From an uncultured Pseudomonadota bacterium (lineage in GTDB: Bacteria; Pseudomonadota; Gammaproteobacteria; Methylococcales; Methylomonadaceae): DNA of 64,000 bases. Within the stretch, counting starts at the first letter, position 1. Every line of letters begins with the position of its first letter. The DNA is taken from assembly GCA_903867225.1 (NCBI GenBank), contig CAIPQN010000042.1, positions 102,992 to 166,991 of the forward strand, in the 5' to 3' direction. The translations under genes were made by a program, and so were the position numbers. This document shows positions 19,627 through 29,202 of this stretch, one piece after another. The notes under the pieces are model-generated. The model was not told the DNA's origin and searched no databases. It saw only the letters and a program-made list of their open reading frames with translations.

Positions 19627-21702
19627 TTAGCGCACGGACAAGCGAACTAAACCAGGCACGTCGAGAATTAACGCCACTGAACCGTCGCCCAAAATGGTTG
19701 CACCTGACACGCCTTCAACACGTCGATAATTGGCTTCCAACGATTTAATAACCACTTGTTGTTGACCAAGCAATTCATCAACCAAAAAGCCACATAATGC
19801 GCCTTGTCCTTCCACAACAACGATTACGCCTTCATTTGATTTTGTGGCGTTGCCCGATTTTACGTTGAAAATTTCGCGCATTCGGATAATCGGTAAATAC
19901 TCGTTACGCAATTTAAAGGTTTCACCTTTACCTGCAACTTTATTGAGCATTTTTTCTGTGATGTTAATGGATTCGATAATTGAAACGAGCGGGACAATAT
20001 AAGTTTCATCGCCAACTGCTACGGATTGACCGTCCAAAATTGCTAATGTTAACGGCAAATGAATCGCAATAGTTGAGCCTTTGCCAAGTTCAGAAATAAT
20101 GTCGATATTGCCGCCCAATGATTGGATATTTCGACGTACTACGTCCATACCAACGCCGCGTCCAGAAATATCAGTCAATTTTTCGGCGGTTGAGAATCCT
20201 GGCATGAAAATCAATTCCAGAATTTGTTTATCTGTCATTATGGTGGATTCTTCGACCAAGCCTTTTTCAATTGCTTTTGCGAGTAATTTGGCTTTATCCA
20301 TGCCGCGTCCGTCATCGACAATTTCGATTACGATGTGACCGCCGCGATGATAGGCTTTTAATTCGATTGTTCCCATTTCAGGTTTGCCAGCGGCAACCCG
20401 ATCCGCAGGCATTTCGATGCCGTGATCTAAACTATTACGAATTAAATGCACTAATGGATCGTTGATTAACTCAACTACCGCTTTATCGACTTCGGTGTTT
20501 TCACCCACCAATTTCAGCGTAATTTTTTTATGTAATTGGGTACTGATGTCGTGAACCAAACGCGGGAAACGACTAAATACGAAGCTAATTGGCAACATAC
20601 GAATGTTCATTACACTTTGTTGCAAATCGCGAGTGTGGCGTTCTAATTGTGCCAAACCACGTTTAAGCTGCCCAACTTTATCCATTGTGAAATTTTCACC
20701 AATCAAACCTAACATGGATTGTGTAATTACAACTTCGCCCACCATGTTAATCAAAGTATCAATTTTATCGGTATCTACTCGAATCGAACTAGAAGCCTTT
20801 GGTGCATTTTTTGATGGATCCGATTCTGTTGGTGCAGCTTTTTTAGGTGCTACAACAGGTGCAGTTTCAGCCACGACAGCGGGAGCTGCTTCAACGACAG
20901 GAGCAGGTGAGGGCGCGGGTTTTGGTTTTTTTACTTTTTTAGGTTTTGCTAAAGGAGCAAGTTCCAACGCACAATCTTCTTCAACCCAACTGAAGATTTC
21001 GCGAACCGCTGCTTCTGTTGCATCACTAACTAATGTTAATTCCCATGAAATGTTGCATTCTTCGGGATCTAATTCAGCAAATGGCGGTACATCTTGGATA
21101 TTGACGTTTGATGTTAATTTACCTAGCACGCTTAATTCTCGGAATAAGCGAACAGGATCATTACCTGTTTTGAGTAGGCTTAAATAAGGGCAGAATGAAA
21201 TTTTCCAGCCTTGTTCCTCGTCAATCTCCTCCTCTTCTTCGGGTTCTTCTACTGGAACAACAAATGGTGCGGCATGAACGACTGGTGCAGCGGCATGTTC
21301 ACCGCCACCTGTTTTCCCGTTTAACTCCATTTCTAGCGCAGCTTGATGTTGCGCCGCGCTTTCCATGTTGACATCTTCTTCATTCTGAATGGATGTTAAC
21401 ATTTCGCGTAAGCAATCAACCGAACCTAAAAGTACGTCCACCGCAGGTTTTGTAACTTGTCTACGCCCATCACGCATTTCATCAAGTAGCGTTTCCATGA
21501 TGTGGGTATATTCAGCAACGACGGTAAAGCCGAACGTACCACTACCCCCCTTAATGGAGTGTGCTGCCCTAAAAATAGTATTGATGACCTCGGAATCAAT
21601 GTCGCCAATATCGAGCGACAGCAATCCAGACTCCATCGCTTCTAAGCCTTCAAAACACTCTTCAAAAAAGACTTGATGAAATTGTGACATATCGATAGAC
21701 AT
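19627..21702 (-). CDS. cheA: Chemotaxis histidine kinase CheA (P1-P5)
   Basis: 691 aa. P1 Hpt (RAAHSIKGGSGTFGF), acidic linker, Pro/Ala/Lys-rich linker, P3/P4 (HLIRNSLDHGIE, DDGRGMD, GRGVGMDVV) and a P5 CheW-like domain. Confidence 0.95.
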   Translation of the reverse strand: MSIDMSQFHQVFFEECFEGLEAMESGLLSLDIGDIDSEVINTIFRAAHSIKGGSGTFGFTVVAEYTHIMETLLDEMRDGRRQVTKPAVDVLLGSVDCLREMLTSIQNEEDVNMESAAQHQAALEMELNGKTGGGEHAAAPVVHAAPFVVPVEEPEEEEEIDEEQGWKISFCPYLSLLKTGNDPVRLFRELSVLGKLTSNVNIQDVPPFAELDPEECNISWELTLVSDATEAAVREIFSWVEEDCALELAPLAKPKKVKKPKPAPSPAPVVEAAPAVVAETAPVVAPKKAAPTESDPSKNAPKASSSIRVDTDKIDTLINMVGEVVITQSMLGLIGENFTMDKVGQLKRGLAQLERHTRDLQQSVMNIRMLPISFVFSRFPRLVHDISTQLHKKITLKLVGENTEVDKAVVELINDPLVHLIRNSLDHGIEMPADRVAAGKPEMGTIELKAYHRGGHIVIEIVDDGRGMDKAKLLAKAIEKGLVEESTIMTDKQILELIFMPGFSTAEKLTDISGRGVGMDVVRRNIQSLGGNIDIISELGKGSTIAIHLPLTLAILDGQSVAVGDETYIVPLVSIIESINITEKMLNKVAGKGETFKLRNEYLPIIRMREIFNVKSGNATKSNEGVIVVVEGQGALCGFLVDELLGQQQVVIKSLEANYRRVEGVSGATILGDGSVALILDVPGLVRLSVR

Positions 21703-21778
21703 AATTTTACCTGTGTGCGCCTGAGTTTATTTATATGAGGTTGGAATCCAACCATTTCTGAAAATTATACAAAGATAG

Positions 21779-21794
21779 AGCAAATGCTGTGCCT
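21779..21794 (-). promoter_or_regulatory. Candidate sigma-54 promoter in front of cheA: AGGCACagcatTTGCT
   Basis: Minus strand reads tttttAGGCACAGCATTTGCTct. It matches TGGCAC-N5-TTGCW at GGCAC and TTGCT with exact spacing. Lies in the 187-bp hpt-cheA gap, about 75 nt upstream of the cheA ATG. Confidence 0.55.
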
Positions 21795-21857
21795 AAAAAT
21801 CAACTCAATATAAATTAAAAGTTGCAAAGGCGTTTTCTCTAGCATTTTTAAACTGTT

Positions 21858-21875
21858 GCGCCGATTTCTCGGCGC
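21858..21875 (-). terminator. GC-rich hairpin with GAAA loop 15 nt after the Hpt gene stop (attenuator or processing/stability element; no U-tract)
   Basis: GCGCCGA-gaaa-TCGGCGC forms a perfect 7-bp stem in an otherwise AT-rich spacer. It is followed by aacaguuuaaaaa, so it is not a classical intrinsic terminator. Confidence 0.4.
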
Positions 21876-21889
21876 GGGTGAATTTATAA

Positions 21890-22276
21890 CTAAGCGATTG
21901 ATGCTTTCATTTTTGTGCAATGTGCCATTGCAGCATCATCATTAACGACTTCTTTGTTTTGAAGTGTCTTAATCATGGCGCGAAGAAAATCAACGGATTC
22001 CAACATCATTTTGATATTGTCAGGATTTGTCAATTTCGTTTTATCACGCATTTCAGCTAAAAGATGCTCCATCTCTTTCGCATATTCGGCAACAGTGTGG
22101 AATTCCAACATCGCACAACCACCTTTAATGGTGTGTGCGCCACGATAAATCGTCATCATTTTTTCAAAATCAAACGCATCTAAATCAATGCTTTCAAGTT
22201 CTGACTTCATAATGTCTAAATTTTCTAAGCATTCTTCAAATAAAACATCATGAAACTGGGTCATATCAACAGACAT
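21890..22276 (-). CDS. Stand-alone Hpt (CheA-P1-like) phosphotransfer protein
   Basis: 128 aa. MSVDMTQFHDVLFEECLENLDIM...RGAHTIKGGCAMLEF is clearly paralogous to the CheA N-terminus MSIDMSQFHQVFFEECFEGLEAM...RAAHSIKGGSGTFGF. Confidence 0.85.
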   Translation of the reverse strand: MSVDMTQFHDVLFEECLENLDIMKSELESIDLDAFDFEKMMTIYRGAHTIKGGCAMLEFHTVAEYAKEMEHLLAEMRDKTKLTNPDNIKMMLESVDFLRAMIKTLQNKEVVNDDAAMAHCTKMKASIA

Positions 22277-22330
22277 CTTCTTTTCCTTTTGGGTGTTTAA
22301 TAAACAAAAATATAAGTTGCGCTAAATTGA

Positions 22331-22705
22331 TTAACCCAGCACTTTGAGTAATGTTTTCAAAAGCTGATCTGGATTAAATGGCTTAACCATCCACCCTGTT
22401 GCACCTGCTTCTTTGCCTTCCATTTTCTTTTCCATGCCTGATTCTGTAGTCAACATCAGCATTGGAACGTGTTTGTACTGCGGTAACTTTCTGAGATCTC
22501 GAATTAACTCAATCCCATCTTTATTTGGCATATTGACATCGGTTACGACGCAATCAAAAGTGCGAACTTTGGCTTTTTCTAAAGCATCAACACCATCTTC
22601 GGCTTCTTCTACATCATATCCAGCAGTTTTTAAGGTAAACGCCACCATTTTTCTCATTGAAGCTGAATCATCAACTGCAAGAATACTCGCCATCATTTTC
22701 TCCAT
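22331..22705 (-). CDS. cheY: Chemotaxis response regulator CheY
   Basis: Single receiver domain (ILAVDDSASMRKMV...VVTDVNMPNKDGIELI...MLTTE...GATGWMVKPF). The track start 22714 is a TTG. ATG at 22705 is used; ATGs at 22696/22693 are also possible. Confidence 0.9.
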   Translation of the reverse strand: MEKMMASILAVDDSASMRKMVAFTLKTAGYDVEEAEDGVDALEKAKVRTFDCVVTDVNMPNKDGIELIRDLRKLPQYKHVPMLMLTTESGMEKKMEGKEAGATGWMVKPFNPDQLLKTLLKVLG

Positions 22706-22849
22706 TGTTATCAAAGCAAAATACCAGGTGATATTACCGCATCTAGCACTACCTTGTTAAGCATAACCCCGTTTTTTTTACTTGATTCAACGAGAGATTG
22801 ACGTTGATGCCGTTTTACCTAAATCCTATGTCGATTTTTTGACTGCCTT

Positions 22850-23887
22850 TTACAAGTATTTAAATAAGCTCATACCTTGAACTTTCGCATACGATTGTTG
22901 TGCCGCTTGCAATGAAGTTTGTTGAGCGTTTAAAGTCGTAATTGCCGAAGCATAATCTAAATCTTCAATCTGCGACAATGCCGTTTGATTGTTAATAATA
23001 AAATCTTGATTCGTTGTTTTTTGACGATCTAACGCATTCATACGCGCTCCAACATCTGAACGAATTGTCGAAACTTGTGTAAGTGCATCATCTAATCCTT
23101 GCAACGTTTCCAATGTTGGCGAACCTGCTCTTAATTCTGTTGCAAAGTTTTTGACTGTATCAAAAAGGGTTAGCCCCGTTTTTGCTGAGGTAAATGTAGC
23201 AACACCTGTATCGCCATCTGTAATCGTGCGTCCTGTACCAACTTGAATAAAGCGTTGTGTATTTGAACCAAAATAAGGAAATGCAGAAACAGGTGTACTT
23301 ACGGTTGCAGGAGTTGTCGCACCAGTTGTCGTATCAACAAGCGTTGAATCAACAGATGCTGCTGTATCTGTCGCGCCTGCTGTTATGCTTGTTACTGGAG
23401 TCGTTACCGCAGTAGTAGGCGTTGTAGGATTTGCATTTTCTTGACTAAATGGCATTACCGTCGATTTAACACCCGAAAAAAGATATTCGCCGTTTGAATT
23501 TCGTGTATTTGCTAATCCAATAAGATGTTGGTTCAATTGGTCAAATTCTGCCGCGATTGCATTTCGTGCGACGACAGAATTGCCTGAATCACTTACGCCT
23601 TGTAATCCTAATTCTTGCAAACGTTGGATTGTATCAATTACGCTCGCTAATGTTGTTTCTTCTAAACTCAAGCGTTGGCTTGCTGTGGCGATGTTATCTT
23701 GATGCGTTGAAGCTTCTGCAATCGATTGTTTAAAGCTGAGAGAATACGCAGCAGCAGATGGATTTTCAGAAGGTGTTAAATAATTTTTCCCCGATGAAAT
23801 TTTCATCTGTGTTTGATTCAACTTGCTTTGCAAGTCAGTCATAGTGCCAGTATTGAATTGTTGGGGATAAGCTGTAGAAATACGCAT
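22850..23887 (-). CDS. flgL: Flagellar hook-associated protein 3 FlgL
   Basis: 345 aa with flagellin-like N- and C-terminal helices (MRISTAYPQQF..., ...LQAAQQSYAKVQGMSLFKYL). Located after flgK. Confidence 0.9.
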   Translation of the reverse strand: MRISTAYPQQFNTGTMTDLQSKLNQTQMKISSGKNYLTPSENPSAAAYSLSFKQSIAEASTHQDNIATASQRLSLEETTLASVIDTIQRLQELGLQGVSDSGNSVVARNAIAAEFDQLNQHLIGLANTRNSNGEYLFSGVKSTVMPFSQENANPTTPTTAVTTPVTSITAGATDTAASVDSTLVDTTTGATTPATVSTPVSAFPYFGSNTQRFIQVGTGRTITDGDTGVATFTSAKTGLTLFDTVKNFATELRAGSPTLETLQGLDDALTQVSTIRSDVGARMNALDRQKTTNQDFIINNQTALSQIEDLDYASAITTLNAQQTSLQAAQQSYAKVQGMSLFKYL

Positions 23888-23898
23888 GAGAAAAACTC

Positions 23899-25527
23899 CT
23901 ATCGAACGGCTGCAAGTAAACTGTCAAATAATGACCGCGAAATTGCAATCACTTGAGACGAGGCTTGATAAGCATTTTGAAATTTTATGAGATTTGCCGC
24001 TTCTTCATCAAGATTCACACCCGCAAAATTTGCGCGTGCTTCAACGGCTTGGCTATTAAGTGCTTTTTGTGCAGATAAACTCACACTTGCAGCATTAGCG
24101 GAAGTACCGACTCGCGCCACCATTTGCTGATACGATTGATTAAACGATTTGCCGTCAACCAATGTGCTTTGTGTTTCTAAACTAGCTAAGGCTAACGCAT
24201 TGACGTTTTCACCCATACCATTACCATCTGCGGCAGCAATTTGATTTGGATCAGTAATTCCACTCGTGATATTTTTTGCGGCTTGATAGGTTGGGCGAAT
24301 CATGAAACTCGCCGTACCCACAGGTACCGAAGTTTCGGTAATCGTCATACCATCAACGGTTGTGGGTAATCCACCCGTTGGCAACATCACTTTTGTATTG
24401 TCGCTTAATCGAGTTAAAGAATACGCGCCAGCTGTGTAGTCCAAGCGATAATCACTTGCGTGCAATTGATTTAATGTCGCTCTGTCAAAAGTCGCGGTGA
24501 TACCGCCGCCATTATTGCCATTATTGGCATAAACAGGAATTTCAGTAGGTTGAAAAGAGAACATATCTCTTCCTGCTGCGCCATTTAAATCAATACCTTG
24601 TTTATGTACTTCATTGAAGGCAATGCCTAAACCTGCGGCGACCAATCCAAGTTGTTGCTGTGCTGGATCTAAAACTTGGTCACGAAACTTCACTGCACCT
24701 GATAATGAACCGCTTGAAAATTGATTGCTCACATCATAACCATTCATCATCACATTTTTTTGCATCGGATCCGTCGTTGAACTTGATAATGCTAACGTCG
24801 AACGTGCATCACCAGAAATTAACGCCTGACCTTGTCCGATAAAAACATCAACCGAACCATCGGGACGTGTCAGCGTTGAAACATCGATATTTTCAGATAA
24901 TTTGGCTAACAATTGATCACGTTGATCTAACAAATTATTAGGGAATTGTGAGCCGCCACCGCGTGTTGCAGATGCGATTTTGCTGTTCAAATCAGCGATG
25001 CTTTGCGTGTAAGAATTGATACTATCAATGTTTGTTTGCATATACGCATTATTGTTTGTGCGTAGATTTTCTAATTGCGATGAAACATTGTTAAATTGAG
25101 AGGTCAACGTATTCGATGCGGTGACCATAACTTGTCGTGCAGGAATGGATGTTGGATCACTTGCCACGCCATTTGTGGCAGAAAAAAAGGCTTTCATTGA
25201 ACTCGCCATTCCCGTATCGGGATTCGCCATCAAATTATCAACCTGTGCGGTCATTGTTTGAAAGCGATCCGCACTGCCTAATGCTGATGCAGTGGTGCGA
25301 ATGTTGTTACTGATAAATTGATCATAACTGCGAGTGACGTTAGACACATTTACACCATTGCCGACGTAATTTCCGTCGCTGAATGTGGTGTTTGCGCTTT
25401 CTAAATTTGTATTTTGACGACTGTAACCATCGGTATTAACGTTGGCGACGTTATTACTGGTGGTTTGCATGGAGCGTTGGAATGCCATCAATCCTGTCAA
25501 CGCTGTACCTAAAATTCCACTGGGCAT
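23899..25527 (-). CDS. flgK: Flagellar hook-associated protein 1 FlgK
   Basis: 542 aa. N-terminus GILGTALTGLMAFQRSMQTTSNNVANVNTDGYSRQ; C-terminus EEAANLIKFQNAYQASSQVI. Confidence 0.92.
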   Translation of the reverse strand: MPSGILGTALTGLMAFQRSMQTTSNNVANVNTDGYSRQNTNLESANTTFSDGNYVGNGVNVSNVTRSYDQFISNNIRTTASALGSADRFQTMTAQVDNLMANPDTGMASSMKAFFSATNGVASDPTSIPARQVMVTASNTLTSQFNNVSSQLENLRTNNNAYMQTNIDSINSYTQSIADLNSKIASATRGGGSQFPNNLLDQRDQLLAKLSENIDVSTLTRPDGSVDVFIGQGQALISGDARSTLALSSSTTDPMQKNVMMNGYDVSNQFSSGSLSGAVKFRDQVLDPAQQQLGLVAAGLGIAFNEVHKQGIDLNGAAGRDMFSFQPTEIPVYANNGNNGGGITATFDRATLNQLHASDYRLDYTAGAYSLTRLSDNTKVMLPTGGLPTTVDGMTITETSVPVGTASFMIRPTYQAAKNITSGITDPNQIAAADGNGMGENVNALALASLETQSTLVDGKSFNQSYQQMVARVGTSANAASVSLSAQKALNSQAVEARANFAGVNLDEEAANLIKFQNAYQASSQVIAISRSLFDSLLAAVR

Positions 25528-25572
25528 AGGAATAACCTGTTTCTAAAATGTTAAAAAATCAGTAGGCGATGT

Positions 25573-26517
25573 TTATTTCGTGGCTACTGCCGAATTATTC
25601 GCAAATAAATTTAACGTATTACTTTTATAAATGTGCATGACTTTGGCGGCATAGCTTGGATCCGTTGCGTAACCTGCCCGTTGTAATTCACGCATATATT
25701 GTTCAGTGTTGCCGACCTTACTTAATGCCGAATCATAACGTGGATTGTTTTTAATAAAATTCACATAATCATGAAAACTTTCTTGGAAAGATGAATACGC
25801 TCTAAAGCCCGCATTCATTCGACGTGGAATACCTTGATCAAATTCGAGGGTTGAAACTTGTGCTTCTTTACCGCGCCATGACCGATCTGCTTTGATGTTA
25901 AATAAATTGTAACTGCTCGAGCCGTCACTATTTTTAATCACAGAGTTACCCCAACCACTTTCCAATGCCGCTTGCGCTAACAACGCATTAGGATCAATTC
26001 CCAAACCTTTTGCCGCTTGTTCTGCAAATGGCTGTAATTGTCGGACAAAATCCACCGCTGATTGTATCGGCACTGAACGCCCATTCTTAAATGGCATTTC
26101 ATTTTTGCCATCGTCATCATAACCGTTGAAAATTTTGCCATCTGGCGTTCTCACAAGTGAAACAGGATCGTTTAAGTATTCTTCCAAACTTGTTGGATTT
26201 GGATTTTCGCCTTTGGGACTAAGTTGTTTAACAATTAAATCCGCTAATCCCACACCAGGTTTGCCCGATAAATGTACTGAAAGCTGTTGATCATACATTT
26301 CGTTATACGTTTTGCTTTGATCACTATCAAACGCGCCTTCTGCTAATTTCGCTGACCGCATCCCTTTCAAAATGTTATTTAAAAATAACGCTTCAAACTG
26401 TTTCGCTACTTTTTGTAATGCAGCAGGTGAATCGGTTTTAGCTTGATTTTTCACTTTTGAAAATTCACTAAAATCGTTATAAACCGAAGCTGTCGAAGAT
26501 GCGGGTGTACTTAACAT
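25573..26517 (-). CDS. flgJ: Flagellar rod assembly protein / peptidoglycan hydrolase FlgJ
   Basis: Rod-binding N-domain (LQKVAKQFEALFLNNILKGMR) plus a glucosaminidase-type C-domain (LLAQAALESGWGNS...YATDPSYAAKV). Confidence 0.9.
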   Translation of the reverse strand: MLSTPASSTASVYNDFSEFSKVKNQAKTDSPAALQKVAKQFEALFLNNILKGMRSAKLAEGAFDSDQSKTYNEMYDQQLSVHLSGKPGVGLADLIVKQLSPKGENPNPTSLEEYLNDPVSLVRTPDGKIFNGYDDDGKNEMPFKNGRSVPIQSAVDFVRQLQPFAEQAAKGLGIDPNALLAQAALESGWGNSVIKNSDGSSSYNLFNIKADRSWRGKEAQVSTLEFDQGIPRRMNAGFRAYSSFQESFHDYVNFIKNNPRYDSALSKVGNTEQYMRELQRAGYATDPSYAAKVMHIYKSNTLNLFANNSAVATK

Positions 26518-26529
26518 GGGTTTTCTCGT

Positions 26530-27645
26530 TTAGATAATGATCAATTCAGCGTGCAATGCACCAGCCGATTTTAACGCTTCTAAAATTGCGACTAAATCGC
26601 TGGGTGCGGCTCCCACTTCATTAACGGCATTAACAATAGCATCCAGTGACACGCCTGGTTTGAAAGCAAACATTCGATTTTTTTCTTCTTTCACTTTCGC
26701 GCTAGATTGTGGAGTCGTTGTTGTCTTACCTTGTGAAAGCGGATTTGGTTGACTGACATTAATATCTTCATCAATCGTCACGACCAAACTACCGTGCGAA
26801 ACTGCGGCAGGTGAAACCCGCACTTTATTACTAATAACGACCGTTCCTGTGCGTGAATTTACAATCACTCGCGCAGGTTCTTCGTCCATATCCAAAGTGA
26901 CATTTTCAACCACTGACGCAAACATTACCTTTTGCGCTAAATCGCTTGGTGCATTCACACGCACAGAAGTTGCATCAATTGGTCTGGCTGTATTTGCACC
27001 AAGCAATTTGTTAATCGCTTCTGCCATGTGATTAGCAGTGGTGAAATCAGCACGATGTAAATTAAAAATTAATGTATCGCTATCTGAAAATGAAGTCGGT
27101 ACGATTTTTTCAACCAATGCCCCATTTGAAATGCGTCCTGCACTTGGATTATTTACGGTCACGCTTGAACCATCTTTGCCCGATGCAGTCATACCGCCGA
27201 CAACTAGATTGCCCTGAGCAATCGCATAGGTTTCACCGTCTGCACCTTTCAAAGGAGTCATTAACAACGAACCACCACGCAAACTTTTTGCGTCACCAAT
27301 TGATGACACGGTGACATCAATTGCCATACCTGGTTTTGCAAATGCGGGTAAATCAGCTTGAACCGCTACTGTCGCAATGTTTTTAGCTTTTAATTGCTTC
27401 AAATCTTCTGGCGATAATGTCACACCAAAACGCTTCAACATACTGGCTAAACTTTGTTTTGATGTTGGCGAACTGGTACTACTATCACCCGATTTATCTA
27501 AACCTACGACCAAGCCATAACCGACTAATTGATTGATTCGCACGCCTTCAATTGACGCAATATCTTTAATACGTTCCGCGTGTGCAAGTGGCAGGAATCC
27601 CGCAAATAACGAAACTAAAAGTAAAAGGCGTGGGTCGATTATCAT
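26530..27645 (-). CDS. flgI: Flagellar P-ring protein FlgI
   Basis: ERIKDIASIEGVRINQLVGYGLVVGLDKSGD and a C-terminal LEALKSAGALHAELIII. The track start 27705 is a TTG overlapping flgH. ATG at 27645 yields a signal peptide (MIIDPRLLLLVSLFAGFLPLAHA). Confidence 0.93.
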   Translation of the reverse strand: MIIDPRLLLLVSLFAGFLPLAHAERIKDIASIEGVRINQLVGYGLVVGLDKSGDSSTSSPTSKQSLASMLKRFGVTLSPEDLKQLKAKNIATVAVQADLPAFAKPGMAIDVTVSSIGDAKSLRGGSLLMTPLKGADGETYAIAQGNLVVGGMTASGKDGSSVTVNNPSAGRISNGALVEKIVPTSFSDSDTLIFNLHRADFTTANHMAEAINKLLGANTARPIDATSVRVNAPSDLAQKVMFASVVENVTLDMDEEPARVIVNSRTGTVVISNKVRVSPAAVSHGSLVVTIDEDINVSQPNPLSQGKTTTTPQSSAKVKEEKNRMFAFKPGVSLDAIVNAVNEVGAAPSDLVAILEALKSAGALHAELIII

Positions 27646-27662
27646 GTTTTTTTGCTCGTTAA

Positions 27663-28340
27663 TTAAAATGGAAACCATGCACTGTTTAAGGCACGCGATA
27701 ACCAACCTTTTGAGGAGGCATCTGCTAACGCACCTTCGCCAGTGTATATAAAAGTCGCATCTGCGATTTTGTCAGATAAAATTGTATTTGCAGGCGTAAT
27801 ATCGACAGGTCTTACAATGCCTGATAATCGCACAAACTCATCACCTTGATTTAATGTCACTCGTTTTTCACCGCGAATTTTTAAATTACCATTTGGCAGC
27901 ACTTCAACGACAGTGACTGAAATTGTTCCTTTCAAATTATTGTTCTGATCTGTTGAGCCTTTGCCTTTAAAAGCTTTACTTGATTGAAGTTCAGCTTTCA
28001 TATCACTTTTGCCAAGTATTCCCAAGCCAAATAATCCAAGTATGGGAGCCGTAACCGACACAGCATCGTCTTTAGAATCTTGACTACTCGCGTCTTTTTT
28101 CGATGCTGTATTTTCATTTAGCGTCACCGTCAAAATATCACCAACGCGCCGCGCAGTATGATCTTCAAACAAACGGTTGTCGTAACCTGCTTGATAAATC
28201 CCGCCAGAACTTTGTGGTGGTGGACGTAAATCAGCGGGTGCGACAGGCGAAAATGATGGCTCGCGTTTAGGTAAAGGCGCAGCGCACGCCGTTAAAAAAA
28301 TCGGCAGTAACACAAAAAATCGAAGACTGCGTGGCATCAT
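27663..28340 (-). CDS. flgH: Flagellar L-ring lipoprotein FlgH
   Basis: Lipobox (..PIFLTAC), DHTARRVGDILTVTLNEN, and GNLKIRGEKRVTLNQGDEFVRLSGIVRP. The track start 28349 is a GTG; ATG at 28340 is preferred. Confidence 0.9.
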   Translation of the reverse strand: MMPRSLRFFVLLPIFLTACAAPLPKREPSFSPVAPADLRPPPQSSGGIYQAGYDNRLFEDHTARRVGDILTVTLNENTASKKDASSQDSKDDAVSVTAPILGLFGLGILGKSDMKAELQSSKAFKGKGSTDQNNNLKGTISVTVVEVLPNGNLKIRGEKRVTLNQGDEFVRLSGIVRPVDITPANTILSDKIADATFIYTGEGALADASSKGWLSRALNSAWFPF

Positions 28341-28352
28341 TTTATTCACTCG

Positions 28353-29141
28353 TTACAGATTTTGTGTAATGTACGACAACATTTGATCGGTCGTCGAAAT
28401 GGCTTTAGAGTTCATTTCATAAGCACGTTGCGTTTCAATCATGCCAACTAATTCTTCCACTACGTTCACGTTTGACGTTTCAAGTGAATTTTGAACTAAG
28501 CTACCAAACTCGCCTTGTCCTGGTGTCCCTACGATTGGTGCGCCACTGGCAGCCGATTCGCGGTATAAATTTTCACCAATAGGTTCCAAACCTGCAACGT
28601 TTACGAAGTTTGCAGTTTGTAACGTAGCTAACTGTGCTGGCTGTGCTGCGCCTGGTTGTAATACAGAAACGGTACCGTCTGTACCAATCGTTACACTAAG
28701 TGCATCTTGTGGAATCGGTGCAGAACCTGTGATTTGCAAACCATTTGTGGTGACAAGATTGCCGTCTTTGTCTAATTTCAACGAACCATCACGAGTATAG
28801 TTCGTGGTGCCGTCTGGCATAGTGACTTGTAAAAAGCCTCGTCCGTTAATTGCGATGTCTAACGCATTTCCTGTGGGTTCGACGTTACCTTGAATATGCA
28901 ATTTTTCAGTTGCCATCACTTTCACACCTGTACCTAATTGCAAACCTGTCGGCAATTGGCTGGTTTGCGACGTTGATGCACCTACTTGACGCATATTTTG
29001 ATACATCAAATCTTGAAACACAGCGCGGTCTTTTTTGAAACCCGTTGTGTTGACGTTTGCTAAGTTGTTGGCGATAACCGCCATGCGGGTTTGCTGGGCA
29101 TCAAGCCCAGTTTTGGCAACCCATAATGCACGTTCTGTCAT
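28353..29141 (-). CDS. flgG: Flagellar distal rod protein FlgG
   Basis: 262 aa. [31 protein letters not shown]...[26 protein letters not shown]. Confidence 0.95.
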   Translation of the reverse strand: MTERALWVAKTGLDAQQTRMAVIANNLANVNTTGFKKDRAVFQDLMYQNMRQVGASTSQTSQLPTGLQLGTGVKVMATEKLHIQGNVEPTGNALDIAINGRGFLQVTMPDGTTNYTRDGSLKLDKDGNLVTTNGLQITGSAPIPQDALSVTIGTDGTVSVLQPGAAQPAQLATLQTANFVNVAGLEPIGENLYRESAASGAPIVGTPGQGEFGSLVQNSLETSNVNVVEELVGMIETQRAYEMNSKAISTTDQMLSYITQNL

Positions 29142-29181
29142 AATTATTTCCTTAAAAAATCGTTATTTTGTTTAATTAACA

Positions 29182-29196
29182 GCAGTATCTATGCCA
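29182..29196 (-). promoter_or_regulatory. Candidate sigma-54 promoter before flgG: TGGCATagatacTGCT
   Basis: Minus strand reads tgTGGCATAGATACTGCTgtt in the 61-bp flgF-flgG spacer. GG-N10-GC spacing is exact and the shape matches the fliE, flgB and flgA motifs. Confidence 0.4.
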
Positions 29197-29202
29197 CAGA
29201 AA

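Noticed and set aside
22733-22759. Sigma-28-like box upstream of cheY (TAACAAGG-N11-GCGGTAAT on the minus strand)
   Set aside because: Only a partial match in both hexamer-equivalents (about 5/8 in the -10 element). It could easily be chance in AT-rich DNA, so it is not listed as a feature.
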